Source of the DNA: Thermoplasmata archaeon
Lineage (GTDB): Archaea > Thermoplasmatota > Thermoplasmata > Lutacidiplasmatales > UBA184
Length of the DNA stretch: 64,000 nucleotides
Direction: 5' to 3'
Assembly (NCBI GenBank): GCA_022750205.1
Contig: JAKIWD010000001.1
Location: 1,222 to 65,221 of the forward strand
Below the pieces are notes generated by a model that ran no database searches, was not told the DNA's origin, and saw nothing but the letters and a program-made list of their open reading frames with translations. The translations under genes were made by a program, and so were the position numbers. This document shows positions 55,034 through 64,000 of the stretch, in pieces. The stretch's first letter is position 1; each line of letters begins with the position of its first letter.

Positions 55034-57001
55034 CTACGGGGCGCGGGCCGCCGCCGCGGCCGGGTCGTTGGGGGCGATCGTCAGGCGCCGGGTCGACCCG
55101 AAGGGACGGAAGATGCGGCCGTTGCCGCCGTAGTACTTCGACAAGTGCTCGACGAAGATCAGCCGCGCCCCTTGGATGCCCGGCTCGAAGACCGCCAGGA
55201 CCAGGTTGAAGATCTGGCCTCCGATCAGGATCACGGCCCCGAAGACCGTGTCGATCGGCCCGGCACCGAACAGCTGGAAGGAGATCTTGTCGATCACGAA
55301 CGCGAGGATGACCGAGGCCAGCAGGATCCCCACGATCCGCGTGTAGGAGAGGATGTGGCTGACGGTCTCGATGACGCCCATCAGCCCCATGGCGCCCTCG
55401 CCCACGATCATCAGGAGCAGACCCCCGAGCAGGGAGACGTAGGACAAAAGGATCAGGAGGTTGACGCCCGGGGGGAAGTACGCCCGGCCCGTGAGGAGCG
55501 CGAGCCCGATCGAGGCGAGGCCGAGCGCGAAGAAGATCCCGCCGAGCTTGCCCAGCGCGCCGCGATAGTGGTGGTGGAAGTACTCCTTGAGCGCGCCGAG
55601 CCCGAATCCGAGCACGACCATCGTCAGCCCGATGTAGCCCGACAGGAGCAGGAGTTTGCCGAGCGAGGCGATCGGGTCGTACGGCGAGTTGAACGGCAGG
55701 ATGTGGAAGCCGAAGAACTCGTTGAACACGGCGCCGAAGCCGATCGCGAGGCTCGCCGCGGGCACCAGCGTGTAGGCGAGCGATTGCATCGCCGAGGGCG
55801 GCATGATCAGTTTGGGGAACTCCTTGATGGCGGAGGGGATGCGCTGGCGGCCGGGGAAGCCGTAGATCATCCAGATGCAAAAGCCCAGGATGACCAGCCC
55901 GTAGCCCATGTCCCCGAGCATCAACCCGAAGAACAGCGGGAAGGCGAGGGCGAAGATCCACGTCGGGTCCCACTCCGACGAGAGGGGCAGCGAGTAGAAC
56001 CGGATGAAGAACTCGAAGTAGCGCACACCGGACGGGTTGACCATCACGGTCGGCGGTTCCTCCTTCGTGGGGATCTCGTAGATCTCCGCACGAGACTGGC
56101 TCGTGGCCTGCACGGCCGCCTCGAGCCGGGGGAGGTCGCGCCGGGCGATCCAACCCTCCAACGCGAACGACCGCTCGCCCGCGCCGAGTCGGGCCCACGC
56201 CTCGTACTTGCGGTTCTCGATGGCGAGCGCCTCCTCCAGCGCGGCGACGAGGGGGTACCAGTGGGCGCTGAGCTGGGCCAGGCGGGCGTGGATGCCGTTG
56301 AGGCGTTGATCGATCTCGGCCCGGCTCCGCTCGAGCGCGGGGACCGCCTCGGCCGGGGTACCGGCCTGGCGAGGGACGTTGAACAGGTGCACGCCCTTCT
56401 GTTGGGCGAGGCGGCTGACCGCGTCGGCCTGGGAGCGCCGCACGGCGACGAGGAATCGGACGACCTTGCCGTCGAGCTGGCTCAGGAAGTCGGCGTCGGT
56501 CAGGCCCGGGATGGCGCGGGCCAGCTCCTGGTAGGTCTTGGCGTCGGTCTCCCCGAAGAACGCGAAGACGCTGTCGGAACGCAGGTACTCGAGCCGGTCG
56601 GTGTAGAACCCGAACTTGCGGAGGACCGCGAGCTCCTCATCGGTGGTCTTGCGCTCGGTGAGCGCGGCGTCCTCCCCGCGCTTGAGCTCGGCGACCTCCG
56701 CGTCGAGGGTGACCGTCGCCGCGGCCGCGAGGATCTCGTCCAGATCGCGGTAGAGACGGGGCGCGCCGGTCGGTCCCCGGGGGAGGGCGGCCTTCAGTCC
56801 CCGCATCCGCAGGAGCTGATCCGCGACCGGCCGGGCCCTCGGGCTGCCGCGCTCGACGGCGACGACCTCCAACGCTTCCTTGCCGACCGGCTCGACCTGC
56901 ACGACGTTCAGGTCGTGGAGGACCCCGAGGATCGCATCGCGGTCGTTCTTGAGACCGACGATCCCGATGCGGGCCATCGGCAGCGGGCGCAGGAACGGCA
57001 C
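55034..57001 (-). CDS. atpI: A-type ATP synthase subunit I (stator a)
   Basis: 655 aa. Soluble N-terminal half (MPFLRPLPMARIGIVGLKNDRDAILGVLHDLNVVQVE..) and a C-terminal half of about 7-8 TM helices containing the conserved ..SHILSYTRIVGILLAS.. Arg helix. Confidence 0.92.
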   Translation of the reverse strand: MPFLRPLPMARIGIVGLKNDRDAILGVLHDLNVVQVEPVGKEALEVVAVERGSPRARPVADQLLRMRGLKAALPRGPTGAPRLYRDLDEILAAAATVTLDAEVAELKRGEDAALTERKTTDEELAVLRKFGFYTDRLEYLRSDSVFAFFGETDAKTYQELARAIPGLTDADFLSQLDGKVVRFLVAVRRSQADAVSRLAQQKGVHLFNVPRQAGTPAEAVPALERSRAEIDQRLNGIHARLAQLSAHWYPLVAALEEALAIENRKYEAWARLGAGERSFALEGWIARRDLPRLEAAVQATSQSRAEIYEIPTKEEPPTVMVNPSGVRYFEFFIRFYSLPLSSEWDPTWIFALAFPLFFGLMLGDMGYGLVILGFCIWMIYGFPGRQRIPSAIKEFPKLIMPPSAMQSLAYTLVPAASLAIGFGAVFNEFFGFHILPFNSPYDPIASLGKLLLLSGYIGLTMVVLGFGLGALKEYFHHHYRGALGKLGGIFFALGLASIGLALLTGRAYFPPGVNLLILLSYVSLLGGLLLMIVGEGAMGLMGVIETVSHILSYTRIVGILLASVILAFVIDKISFQLFGAGPIDTVFGAVILIGGQIFNLVLAVFEPGIQGARLIFVEHLSKYYGGNGRIFRPFGSTRRLTIAPNDPAAAAARAP

Positions 57002-57003
57002 GC

Positions 57004-57363
57004 CTACGGCTCCGAATCCCCGGCGAATCCCTCGAGCACGGCCTTGAGCAGCGGCGGGCGCAGTCGCGCGAGGTCAAACTCCTGGGCGGATTCGATGCGT
57101 TGGGCCTCGGTTCGGCCGTCGGATTCGATCTTCGCGGCGTCGGCCTCGAGCCGGTGGCGGGCCGCGGTGATGGCCGCTTCGCGCGAACGTTCGGCCTCGG
57201 CGGCGGCGGACCGGACCGCCTTCTCCGCGTCGTTCTTCAACGTCGTGAGCGCGCTCTCCGTCGCCGCGTGGATCGCGGCGAGCCGGGAGGCGAGATCGAC
57301 CTCGGTGTCGCGGACTCGCTTGAGCGTCGCCGTCGCGCCGGGGTTCGGTGGGTCCGCGTGCAT
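57004..57363 (-). CDS. atpH: A-type ATP synthase subunit H (peripheral stalk)
   Basis: 119 aa, an Ala/Glu/Arg-rich predicted single long helix (..AEKAVRSAAAEAERSREAAITAARHRLEADAAKIE..), directly upstream of atpI as in canonical operons. Assignment by position and composition only. Confidence 0.6.
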   Translation of the reverse strand: MHADPPNPGATATLKRVRDTEVDLASRLAAIHAATESALTTLKNDAEKAVRSAAAEAERSREAAITAARHRLEADAAKIESDGRTEAQRIESAQEFDLARLRPPLLKAVLEGFAGDSEP

Positions 57364-57366
57364 GCT

Positions 57367-57480
57367 CTAGAACACTCCGAGATTGTGGAGGATGAGCGCG
57401 AGGGCGACCAGGGCGAGGCCCCGGATCATCCACGAGACGCGCAGGTAGTTCAGGATGGCCCGCTGGGTCGCGTTATACAA
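57367..57480 (-). CDS. 37-codon hydrophobic micro-ORF between atpD and atpH
   Basis: Below the track length cutoff. TTG 57480 .. TAG 57367: MYNATQRAILNYLRVSWMIRGLALVALALILHNLGVF. Third-position GC 34/37 and second-position GC 13/37, a strong coding signature. Only 8 nt overlap atpD, so the signal is not inherited from it. Confidence 0.45.
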   Translation of the reverse strand: MYNATQRAILNYLRVSWMIRGLALVALALILHNLGVF

Positions 57481-58117
57481 CGGCCATCGCCTCCTCCTGC
57501 TCGCCGATCTTGCGCTTGACGGTCTTGAGCATGCTGAAGGCGTCGCGCTCGAGCTCGTCGAAGCGGAACTTGATGTAGCGCACCGTCGCCTGGAGCCGCG
57601 GGATCAGGACGTTCTCGATCGCGCTGGCCCGGCGCTTGGTCTTCTCGATCTCCTTGAGGAGCCGCCGCAGCGCGTTCTCCTTCTCGGCGATGTCGAGCAG
57701 GACCTTGTAGATCCCCTGGAAGTGCTGGATCGATTCGTGGATCGAGGTCGGCAGGTCCAGCAGGGCGGCGGCGGGGACCGGCGTGAAGGCACCGGCGTCG
57801 ACCTTGGGGGTCCGCACGCCCATGACGTTCTTGGTGGCGACGCTCACGGGGCGCACCGCCGGCAGCAGCATCGCGATGTTCTCGAGCTTGGTCGGCCCCT
57901 CGATCATCTCCGCCGCGCGGATCGATTCGTAGCCGCGCCGGATCTTCTCCTGGAGGTCGCCCCGTAGCGCGAGCGCCTGGCGGGAGAGCGCGAAGAACTC
58001 GGCGATGAGCGCCGAGCGCTTGAGCTTGAGCAGGTTGAGGCCCTTGCGCGCGAGGACGATGCGCCGGCGCGTGCGCAGTAGCTCCAGCCGGGTCGGCCGG
58101 ATGTTCTCGCCCGCCAT
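57473..58117 (-). CDS. atpD: A-type ATP synthase subunit D (central stalk)
   Basis: 214 aa: MAGENIRPTRLELLRTRRRIVLARKGLNLLKLKRSALIAEF.. and ..LKEIEKTKRRASAIENVLIPRL.. are hallmark blocks. Confidence 0.92.
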   Translation of the reverse strand: MAGENIRPTRLELLRTRRRIVLARKGLNLLKLKRSALIAEFFALSRQALALRGDLQEKIRRGYESIRAAEMIEGPTKLENIAMLLPAVRPVSVATKNVMGVRTPKVDAGAFTPVPAAALLDLPTSIHESIQHFQGIYKVLLDIAEKENALRRLLKEIEKTKRRASAIENVLIPRLQATVRYIKFRFDELERDAFSMLKTVKRKIGEQEEAMAVV

Positions 58118-58141
58118 GCGTCGCCTGACCCCGGGTCGCGC

Positions 58142-59577
<1,436 letters not shown>

Positions 59578-59578
<1 letters not shown>

Positions 59579-61341
59579 CAGGCCGCCCCGGCGGCCGTGG
59601 CCGCCTGTCCGACGGACTGGCCCATCTCCAGCTCGAGCTGGTCGAACTGGGCGGCGAGCTCCTTCTCGGGGATCCATTTCATGCGCGACAGCTTCTGGCG
59701 GACGGGCAGCTGGCTCAGGTCGCCGACGCGCGCCCCGCGCACGATCGCGGCTTGTTCCTGGTCGGCGAACGAGAGGATGGCCCGCAGCATCCGGTACTGC
59801 TTCTGGATCGAGGTGTACGTGTCCACGTCGTCGTAGGCGCTCTGCTGGAGGTAATCCTCCCGCAGCATGCGGGCGACGTCGAGGATGCCCTTCTCGCGCT
59901 CGGGGAGAGCGTCCACGCCCACCAGCTGGACGATCTCCTGGAGCTCCGATTCCTTCTGGAGGACCTGGATGGCCTTCTGACGCAGGGCGACCCAGTCCTT
60001 GGCGACCTGGCCGCGGTACCAGGGTTCAAGATCGCCGACGTAGAGCGAATAAGATTGCAGCCAGTTGATCGACGGAAAGTGGCGGCGGGAAGCCAGCGCC
60101 GCGTCGAGCGCCCAGAACACCCGCGTCACGCGCAGCGTGTTCTGGCTCACCGGCTCGGCGAAGTCGCCGCCCGGGGGCGAGACAGCCCCGACGACGGTGA
60201 TCGAACCGGCCCGCCCCTCGGGTGAGACGGTGACGACCCGGCCGGCACGCTCGTAGAACTCGGCAACACGTCGCCCGAGGTAGGCGGGGTAGCCCTCCTC
60301 GCCCGGCATCTCCTCGAGGCGGCCGGAGATCTCACGCATCGCCTCGGCCCATCGGCTCGTCGAGTCGGCCATGAGCGCGACATCGTAGCCCATGTCACGA
60401 TAATATTCCGCGATAGTGACTCCGGTGTAGACGCTCGCTTCGCGCGCGGCGACGGGCATGTTCGAAGTATTGGCGATGAGGATCGTCCGCTCCATCAGCG
60501 GGCGCTTGCTTTTCGGGTCCTGCAAGTTCGGGAACGTGGCCAGCACTTCGGTCATCTCGTTGCCGCGCTCACCGCACCCCACGTACACCACAACGTCGGC
60601 GTCCGACCATTTCGCTAGTTGCTGTTGACAGACGGTTTTTCCCGACCCGAAGGGTCCCGGGATACAGGCGGTGCCACCTTTGGCAACGGGAAAAAACGTA
60701 TCGATGACACGCTGGCCCGTGATCAGGGGGATCCCCGGCGCGAGCTTCTGTGCCACCGGTCGCGGGATCCGTACCACCCATTTCTGACTGAGCGTGAGCG
60801 GAACTTTTCCGGCGGCCGTCTGGAGCTGGCCGATTGGCTCACGGATGGTGTAGCTGCCACTGGAGATCGAGGTCACTTTGCCCGAGGCGCCGTGCGGGAC
60901 CATGATCTTGTGGAGAATGAGCGGGGTCTCCTGGACCGTGCCGAGGATCGCGCCGGACGTCACTTCGTCGCCGGGCGCGACCGTGGCGGTGAACTCCCAC
61001 TTCTTGGTCTCGTCGAGGGCCGGGGCGACGAAGCCGCGCGTGATGAAGTCCCCGAGGTTCTTCTTCAGCACGTCGAGCGGACGCTGGACGCCGTCGTAGA
61101 TCGATTGGAGCAGTCCCGGCCCGAGTTCGACGCTGAGCGCTTGTCCAGTGGTCTCCACGGGGTCGCCCGGTCGCACGCCGGTCGTGTCCTCGTAGACCTG
61201 GACGGTCGCCGACTCACCGACGAGCTTGATGATCTCGCCGACGAGGCCGAGGTCGCCCACGCGGACGACGTCGAACATTTTGGCGCCGACCAACCCATCG
61301 GCGATGACCACTGGACCCGAGACCCGTGCAACGACTCCCAT
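59578..61341 (-). CDS. atpA: A-type ATP synthase catalytic subunit A
   Basis: 587 aa with Walker [10 protein letters not shown], ..[20 protein letters not shown].. and the non-homologous insert typical of A subunits. The length shows no intein. Confidence 0.97.
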
Positions 61342-61348
61342 TGTTGGC

Positions 61349-61687
61349 CTACCCTGGAATGACGAGCGAGACGCCGAGCACGCGCTTCGCGAGCGCGGCG
61401 ATGCTCTCGACCTCGAACTCCCCGGTGGGGGTCGGAACGAAGACGACGAGCGGTTTGAGCGAGGCGTCAGCCTCCTGACGCTGATTCTCCGTCAGGCGAG
61501 GTCGGATCGACTGGCTGGCGAGCACCAGACTGAATTCGCCGCTCGACATCGCCTTGCCGAACTCGGCGGCGGCGTTCTCGGGCGTGACGTCGATCACGTC
61601 CTTGAGCCCGATCAGTCGGAACCCGATGGCGAGCTCGCGCTCGCCCAAAACGATCGTGCGACCGGGGTCGCTGGACACCTCGGGCAC
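61349..61687 (-). CDS. atpF: A-type ATP synthase subunit F
   Basis: 112 aa: ..[17 protein letters not shown].., ..LVLASQSI..L.., ..PLVVFVP.. GTG start. Position directly upstream of atpA. Confidence 0.85.
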   Translation of the reverse strand: MPEVSSDPGRTIVLGERELAIGFRLIGLKDVIDVTPENAAAEFGKAMSSGEFSLVLASQSIRPRLTENQRQEADASLKPLVVFVPTPTGEFEVESIAALAKRVLGVSLVIPG

Positions 61688-61711
61688 GGCCCCCCCGGCG
61701 GGATTCGGGCC

Positions 61712-61718
61712 TATTTAA
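61712..61718 (-). promoter_or_regulatory. TATA box (GGTTAAATAGG on the minus strand) for the atpF-A-B-D-H-I operon
   Basis: Centred about 28 nt upstream of the atpF GTG (61687), so near-leaderless. Confidence 0.5.
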
Positions 61719-61736
61719 CCCTCACCGGGCCGCACG

Positions 61737-61741
61737 AAAAA
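61737..61741 (-). terminator. oligo-T (T5) tract downstream of the Kelch/PKD gene
   Basis: GCGCGTTTTTCGTGC on the minus strand, 46-50 nt after the stop at 61787 and just upstream of the atp TATA box. Archaeal termination typically uses T-runs. Confidence 0.3.
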
Positions 61742-61786
61742 CGCGCGGTCGATGACGGGGAAAGGGGGGTCCGACGCGCTCGGAAG

Positions 61787-64000
61787 CTACCGGAGGAGCT
61801 CGTCGTCCGTCGGCGCATGCGGTGCCCCCCGCGGGGGCTCGACGATCACGGAGTCGTCCGGTATGAACTTCGGGGGCCGTCGACTTCGGAACGCTCCATA
61901 CAGGGCCACCGAAATCCCGAACGCGAGGAGGACGATCGCGAGGACGATGCCGTACGAGACCCACGCGGAGGACGCGGGCGGCGGGGGCCCCGGCAATGCG
62001 ATGATCAGCGTCGTGTTCGCGGATTGCCGCTCGCCGAGCCCGTCACGGACCGCGACCAGCACATGGTATGTCCCGGGGAGCGTCGGCGTGCACGTCACGG
62101 TGAGCGCCGTAGGGGCTGTCGGGCAACCCGGCGCGAGGCCGGACCAGTTCGCGAGGAAGGGAGCTGCGCCTCCCACCACCGATGCCTCAAGGGAAACCGT
62201 GGACCCGATCGACACGACGGTCGCACTGGCCGTCAGACCAACCTCGAGCGGGGCGACGACGTCAGCGATGCCGCCGGCCATGACCGAGTCGCCGGCGGCG
62301 TCGCTGACCGTTGCATGCAGCGCGTAGGTTCCGGCGCGCGCGTACGTGTGGAGGATGGAGACGCCCGCGGTGATGGCGGTGCCATCCCCGAACGACCAGG
62401 CGACCGAGTACGGCGCCAACCCGCCCTCGGGCACGACGGTCCAATTCACCCGCCCGGGTGCGACGGCGACCTGAGATTCAGGAGTGACGTTGGCGTGCAG
62501 CGGCGGCACGACCGTGACCGAAGCGTTGGCCAGCACCTGCTGGCCTGAACTGTCCCTGAGTTGGAGCGTCGCGACGAACGTGCCCGTGCCCAGATAGGTG
62601 TACGAAGGCTCGGACGTCGTCGAGCCGAGCCCTTGAACGCCGTAACCCCAGTTGTAGGTGAACGGGCCGAGCCCTCCCACGATCTGAGCGGAGAACTCCA
62701 CGACGAGCGGTGCGGCGCCGGCGGGGGGCGTGGCGATGATGCCGACCACCATCGGGGCCACGGACGTGACGTTGAAGGTGCGCACGACCGCGGTCCCTGC
62801 CGCATCGCTCACCGTCACGTGCCCCTCGAAGGTGCCGGCCAGGGAGTACGAGTGCGAGACCGCATCGCCGATGGTCGCGGGCGTGGCGTCCCCGAACGAC
62901 CAGGTCGCCGTGTACGGCCCCGTCCCATTGATCGGCGAGACGTTCCCGTAGACGGTGAACGGGGCGACGCCGAGGAGACGGGAGACGTTGAACGTGGCGA
63001 CCGCGAGCGCGGGCTGCACGACCACCACGCCCGTGAAGTTGGCCGTGTCGCCGAGCGCATCCATCGCGCTCACCGACCACGGGTAGGTGCCGGCGGCGAA
63101 GTACGTGTGGGTGGTCACCGAATTGGCACCGATCCCCCCGTCGCCGAACGCCCAGGCGAACTGCACCGGCGGGTCCCCACCCCCGGTGCGGGCGGAGAAC
63201 GATACGTTGAGCGGGGCGTCCCCCTCGGACGGATACGCCGAGGCGTTCGCGGTGAGAACGTCGAACACGCTGATGACGACTCGGGCCGAGCGGACCCGCC
63301 CGATGCCATCCCGCGCCCAGAGGGTCGGTCGGTACGTTCCGGCCGTCGGGTAGGTGTGGGTGGTGTTGAGGGTGGACGCGTTCGGTGAACCGTCGCCGAA
63401 CGACCAGGTGTACGTAAGCGGCCCGAACCCGGTGACCGAGCCGTTGAGATCCACCGAGAGGGGGGCGATCCCGTGCAGCGTGCTCGCGGACGCGGAGACC
63501 GCCAGCGCCGGGGTGAAGTTCCAGCTGGTGGTCGCCAGACCCGCCTTGGTCTCGCCCGAGAACAGGAGGGCGGAGTCGTCCGTCGGGTTCGCCGCCAATT
63601 GCGCGAACTCCGTCGCGGGGGGGCCGTACGAGCCGGTGAGATTGAACCAGGCGCCGGCGTGGAAGATCCAGGTCTGGTCCGACGCGCCGCACGCGCCGAT
63701 GAGCGCGCCACCGAAGAGGAGCACGCCCGCGTAGGCGGAGTCGTACGCGAGCATCGGAGAAACGAGAAAGGCCGGGGGAGCGCTCAGCAACGCGGCGCTG
63801 AGGTTGCGATAACTTCCGTTGGCGAACGTCCAGGTGTAGCCGGTCGTGGAGCAGCTAGAGGAGGTCGGGGCGCTCCCGCCGTAGAGCAGGTCAACCGCAT
63901 CCGCCTCGTCGTAGGCGGCCGCCGTCGCGATGCGAGGATCCGGAGGCGTGCCGGAGACGGTCCCCGTGATGTTCGTCCAGTTCCCCGCCGTGAAGTTCCA
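61787..64000 (-). CDS. surface protein: Kelch repeats, about 5 PKD domains, one Cys-pair Ig-like module, C-terminal TM; 5' end beyond the window
   Basis: The track start at 63790 is an internal TTG. The same frame stays open to 64000 with Kelch-like sequence (WNFTAGNWTNITG..LLYGGSAP..YTWTFANGS). PKD: YTWSFGDGSPNAS, FAWAFGDGGIG, ATWSFGDATPA, VAWSFGDGTAI. Then ..NWSGLAPGCPTAPTALTVTCTP.. TM ..YGIVLAIVLLAFGISVALYGAF. Confidence 0.8.
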   Translation of the reverse strand, partial: WNFTAGNWTNITGTVSGTPPDPRIATAAAYDEADAVDLLYGGSAPTSSSCSTTGYTWTFANGSYRNLSAALLSAPPAFLVSPMLAYDSAYAGVLLFGGALIGACGASDQTWIFHAGAWFNLTGSYGPPATEFAQLAANPTDDSALLFSGETKAGLATTSWNFTPALAVSASASTLHGIAPLSVDLNGSVTGFGPLTYTWSFGDGSPNASTLNTTHTYPTAGTYRPTLWARDGIGRVRSARVVISVFDVLTANASAYPSEGDAPLNVSFSARTGGGDPPVQFAWAFGDGGIGANSVTTHTYFAAGTYPWSVSAMDALGDTANFTGVVVVQPALAVATFNVSRLLGVAPFTVYGNVSPINGTGPYTATWSFGDATPATIGDAVSHSYSLAGTFEGHVTVSDAAGTAVVRTFNVTSVAPMVVGIIATPPAGAAPLVVEFSAQIVGGLGPFTYNWGYGVQGLGSTTSEPSYTYLGTGTFVATLQLRDSSGQQVLANASVTVVPPLHANVTPESQVAVAPGRVNWTVVPEGGLAPYSVAWSFGDGTAITAGVSILHTYARAGTYALHATVSDAAGDSVMAGGIADVVAPLEVGLTASATVVSIGSTVSLEASVVGGAAPFLANWSGLAPGCPTAPTALTVTCTPTLPGTYHVLVAVRDGLGERQSANTTLIIALPGPPPPASSAWVSYGIVLAIVLLAFGISVALYGAFRSRRPPKFIPDDSVIVEPPRGAPHAPTDDELLR

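Noticed and set aside
55145-57370. 741-aa plus-strand ORF
   Set aside because: Antisense to atpI and atpH, which have clear family signatures. Composition is dominated by Arg/Asp/Glu/Gly.

Overview
High-GC (roughly 70% by eye, not computed) archaeal chromosomal segment, densely packed with about 55 protein genes and 1 tRNA. All family names come from motif recognition in the translations; no database search was run. Archaeal identity rests on FtsZ, the DNA polymerase D large subunit, an A1Ao (A/V-type) ATP synthase, RNase P protein Pop5, PurP, a RIO kinase, TATA-like boxes 25-37 nt upstream of start codons, and a tRNA with a bulge-helix-bulge intron.

Most content is housekeeping:
- DNA replication and repair: mutY, DNA polymerase D large subunit, polX, nrdJ.
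- Purine, one-carbon and NAD metabolism: purH, purP, gcvT, nadC, nadA.
- RNA processing and other: rnp2, rnz, hutI-like amidohydrolase, a three-subunit xanthine-dehydrogenase-family enzyme, thioredoxin.
- Division and energy: ftsZ, nine ATP synthase subunits.
- From 16679 to 26821 eight genes lie on one strand with gaps of -17 to +30 nt, several with ATGA or GTGA stop/start overlaps.

Accessory-looking content:
- Three paralogous Kelch + PKD + C-terminal-TM surface proteins.
- A 1494-aa multi-domain surface protein preceded by a DUF929 (CPYC) / VKOR gene pair.
- An Asn-rich pilin-signal-like glycoprotein, secreted hydrolases, a P-loop/TPR STAND-like protein and several small proteins.

No CRISPR array, rRNA, transposase, integrase or recognisable defence system was seen. 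Many long Arg/Pro/Gly-rich ORFs in the track are antisense or out-of-frame shadows typical of high-GC DNA and were not called. Several track ORFs were trimmed to internal starts.

Most interesting observations:
- tRNA-Arg with a textbook BHB intron inside the T-loop.
- The DUF929/VKOR pair next to Cys-pair-rich surface proteins.
- Two non-coding GC-rich regions longer than 400 nt (one with weak RNase P RNA-like motifs) and a long nrdJ leader.
- An ATP synthase split into two convergent operons with an embedded 37-codon hydrophobic ORF.
- A very basic 71-aa internally duplicated protein.
- A hidden ORF overlapped by the antisense tail of a Kelch gene.
- A wHTH gene broken by a 1-nt indel.
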